A DNA stretch of 51,051 nucleotides, counting the filler, from Sphacelaria rigidula (Eukaryota): the NCBI GenBank assembly GCA_964200075.2. It is 3 parts of 3 records of this genome, joined end to end, with 100 filler letters (N's around TTAATTAATTAA, not from the genome) between each part and the next. Parts side by side here need not be neighbours in the genome. Positions count along the whole stretch, not along the records: positions 34,104 to 51,051 come from CAXNAA020001206.1; 2 more parts are not named here. One strand, written 5' to 3'. A program made the position numbers and the translations under genes. Under the pieces are notes generated by a model that did no database searches, had not been told where the DNA came from, and was given only the letters and a program-made list of their open reading frames with translations. Of the stretch, positions 47,850-51,051 are shown in pieces (the first letter of the stretch is position 1; every line of letters begins with the position of its first letter).

Positions 47850-48520
47850 ACGAACAGTCTTGGTCATCCTGCATCTGGCCTCCCCAACACTACTAATTGA
47901 AAAAACTCACGTCGCCGAAAGGTATGATCCGGTAAGCAGCATGAGGAATATCACGTTGGCATGCATCGTGGGGCATGGGTGTGTTGTCGTTTGCGGGCGA
48001 GTACTGATGGAAAGCGGTAGTCATCGTCTCGGCCTCGTTCCTCCATAGGTGCGCTGTCATCTTGGGTCGGCCCGTCATCTCTTTGATCTCGTGCAAACTT
48101 CGCTTGGGAATCAAACTTCGAACCCATGTCATGCTAACCAATCCGTGAAATGAATCCGGCAAGGCTAGGCGAAATGCGTTGATGTGACTAGCGACATGGG
48201 GTCACGATCGATGGGTCGTTCGATATTACTGATTGCTGTGGACGCCCCTCAAGATGAGTAGGTACCGAATCGGAAACACGACGCCATCATGTGCCGCGTC
48301 ATTGCTGTTGCAAGTATTGTCGCACCGTAGGGAAGCTAAATGTTGATGTGGTACGTCAATTACTAAATTCCACCTCGATGTGCACATAATTGCTGCAAGA
48401 CTGCTTCGTGCGGGCGGTGTTTTTCCCGAAACACGTTGTCCATTCATGATAATACTTGTCTCGGCTTTTGGCCCTCAAACTGTAGGATGGTGCCACCACT
48501 TATGGCGCACTTCAAATCAC
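47850..48520 (-). mobile_element. Possible degenerate Copia-like integrase relic; the element may extend to the contig end
   Basis: LASLRCDN (like LRSDNG), then HLWRNEAETMTTAFHQYSP (like LW.EA..TA.Y..N..P), then RIIPFG (like LR.FG), in the expected order. Confidence 0.3.
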
Positions 48521-51051
48521 CCCACCGAGAGGAGTCTGACTCACTTTTCCGACGCATGGCTGCGAGGATTCGGGCACGATCCAGGACTGTGCAGATGTAA
48601 ACACTTGACTTCTCTCAGACATCGCTTTCTTTTCCAGCCGTGTGTAGCCCAGAGGTTGTCCTCGAAACCTCGTCGCCAAACGACTGAACGAGTGATCCAG
48701 ACTGTGGAAATACCTGCGGACGCCGCATGTTTTGTCCGGAGGCCATCCTCGAAGCCTCAGAGCCAAACCGAATCGGAGTAATCGATACAAGTTTTCGAGG
48801 CATGAGTCTGCGATGTCCCGTTACGGAATAGAAAATAAACCCCTACACCGGAATACCCTTAACGTGAAAAAAACGATTGAATGCTGATACTGACGCTTCT
48901 GATGCATTGATTAAACTCGATACTTGATGGGGATGTCGAAGGGCCTCTCAGGAAAATATTTCGGGACTAAGTATTGCACATTCGAGTGTTCGGGGGGGCG
49001 ACACCCAGCCCGCTGTCCCGTTGTTGATTTCCGAGGCGTTGACGGATACCATCAACCACCGTATCACAAGATATTCTTGGCATGAAGCCGGTGATACGAC
49101 GGACACACCCCCCCTCCAAGGTCATTTACCATGATAACATTTATGTGATCATGTTCTGCGTCGGGTGCCTTCACCACCTATTACCAGTAGTCGAGCCAAA
49201 TTTGGCGAGGCGTGAGATGATGTCACTACTGTGGCTCGTGTATCGCACACAGATGTGTGATGAGCGTTACCGGCATCCGTAGTCATGGGGACATCGTGGG
49301 CAAGGAGCCGAAGCAATCATACGAACCTCGCGAAGCCCGTAAGAGTTGTCGGCTTTTATCAGTGTTGGGAGCCCACTGACTTGCATATCTCTACACAAGA
49401 TGAAATATGTAAATATCATGACAATTTCCGAAATTTTTTCCTCGACAGGCCTCCGGGATGTCACACAAGGATGTGGCATGTCTTCGGACCACATGGTGGC
49501 CCCTTTTACGATGCGGTCTTGCGAATGGCAGCTCTCGTTCGTTGGGATCGCATTAGTTCCTCGCATGATGTTGGCGACGTGTTGATTTATTAAGAACGAA
49601 AAACGCTGACAGTTGCGAACGTTGTGTGTGATCGACGTTCACTCGAGGCAAACGCGATGTATCCGAACTGACGAATCCTGTCAGCGCAAGCAGGCGGGTT
49701 TACTCCGGTTTGACCACCAGCTGCTCACGGTCGACACATGTTCACAGATGACGCCAACCATAATTCCCACCAGAGGCATACTGGGTATCCTCAGAGGAGA
49801 TCGGTTTAAAGAGATCCCCAGGCGGAGTGTTGGTTGGCAAACATCGAATGGAAGCTATTTTTGGACAAAAACACGTTCAGTGAACGCTAAAGTTGATGTC
49901 CCAATTTGAGGTTGCAGGCACACCCCAGTGGCCACCGTGCATGAGTGGATTGTGACCAAACTGGGACATACTCTACTGGGCGCAAGTACCAGCGTCGAAC
50001 TGTAAGCCACAGTTTATCCGAGTCACGCCACCGGGTATGTCTCGTTGACGCCAGTGCATGTGCCATGTGTTGTATCGTGAATCATGCGGTCTCTTTTAAT
50101 GCCCTGAAAAATATCGCGCCTTTACCTGACTTGTACTGTAATGGGGAGTCAATTGCAATTTTCCATCGGGGATCGATCGTGAACCGTAACCAAGAACGGG
50201 TATGCGGCGAGATTCGGATTTGATCCCACCGCGTCCACGACGCATTTACTCCTTCCCCGAAGCATGGACGACGAGGTGCAAAAATAAGCGACAGCAAGAG
50301 AATGGGGGTGGTGTGGCAAAAGGTGGAGAGTCCTGTCGATGGGACGAATCAATACGAGAGTTTGAGTGGCGCCGTCCCTTGCGTCATTGAAAATAGGTCA
50401 GTGGACTAGAACGTTAGCACGCTCTCAACGTCACCGTACCTTCAATACAGTATTTCTAAACGGTAGAGTACTTCAATGTAAGTTGAAGAAGTATATAGCA
50501 GCCTGCGGTACCGACGATCGAATATCTCGCTCAATTGTTTAACTTGCGAAATGAAAGTCGGAAGCACAGCACCTCACTCGTGTGGTCTCTCTCTAATTTG
50601 GTGCTTCAGGGCGTCTCTCGTCATGTTTTTCGCGGCCTAGTGGACTCCGCGATCATTACTTATTATTATGGGTTCGAAATATTGGCGGCATTAGACAAAC
50701 TGCTCGGTTGCTGTAACGGCGAGGTGTAACGTGTCGTTGCGCGCATTTTGACCATGTGGCGGTAACAAATGGTAAATCGGCCCGCCACTGCGCCGCCCGC
50801 AACTCTATTTCCGCCTTCCCGTCCATCATTCTTCTTTCTGTCGCTCGTCGTAGCAGCGCACATGATGAATCCTGTGAAATGTACGACGCTCAACTTTCTC
50901 ATGCTCTACTGCATTCGACCAAGACACATGTATGTAACAACGGTTTCGCGAGATTGAGGGTAGAGCGCTGATCGAGAGTGACTTTGATCATTCGCTTTAA
51001 CTTGGCCAATTTTTCTTTCCGTGTGTGCTTTTCTTTGCCTCCATCACTGGC

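Overview
Eukaryotic genomic DNA with long GT-AG introns and many repeats. It is most likely a stramenopile, plausibly a brown alga, but this is inferred from style and not proven. The window is not one locus: three pieces of 16,952, 16,951 and 16,948 bp are joined by 100-bp artificial spacers (N44-TTAATTAATTAA-N44). Piece 1 (1-16952) holds a 5'-partial, spliced YaaA/DUF328-family gene, SINE and MITE repeats, and a 1.8-kb TIR element filled with palindromic higher-order repeats. Piece 2 (17053-34003) has no intact host gene. It contains a dead IS630/Tc1-like DDE transposase preceded by two duplicated AP2/arm-like DNA-binding modules, three inverted duplications, a templated insertion and several copies of an unidentified coding-like repeat. 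Piece 3 (34104-51051) has the first two exons of Tudor-SN (SND1) head-to-head with a complete 5-exon, 152-aa RPS18 gene, whose introns carry hAT, MITE, SINE and LINE relics. I found no CRISPR, Cas/Fanzor or defence system. Most ORFs in the supplied track are spurious.
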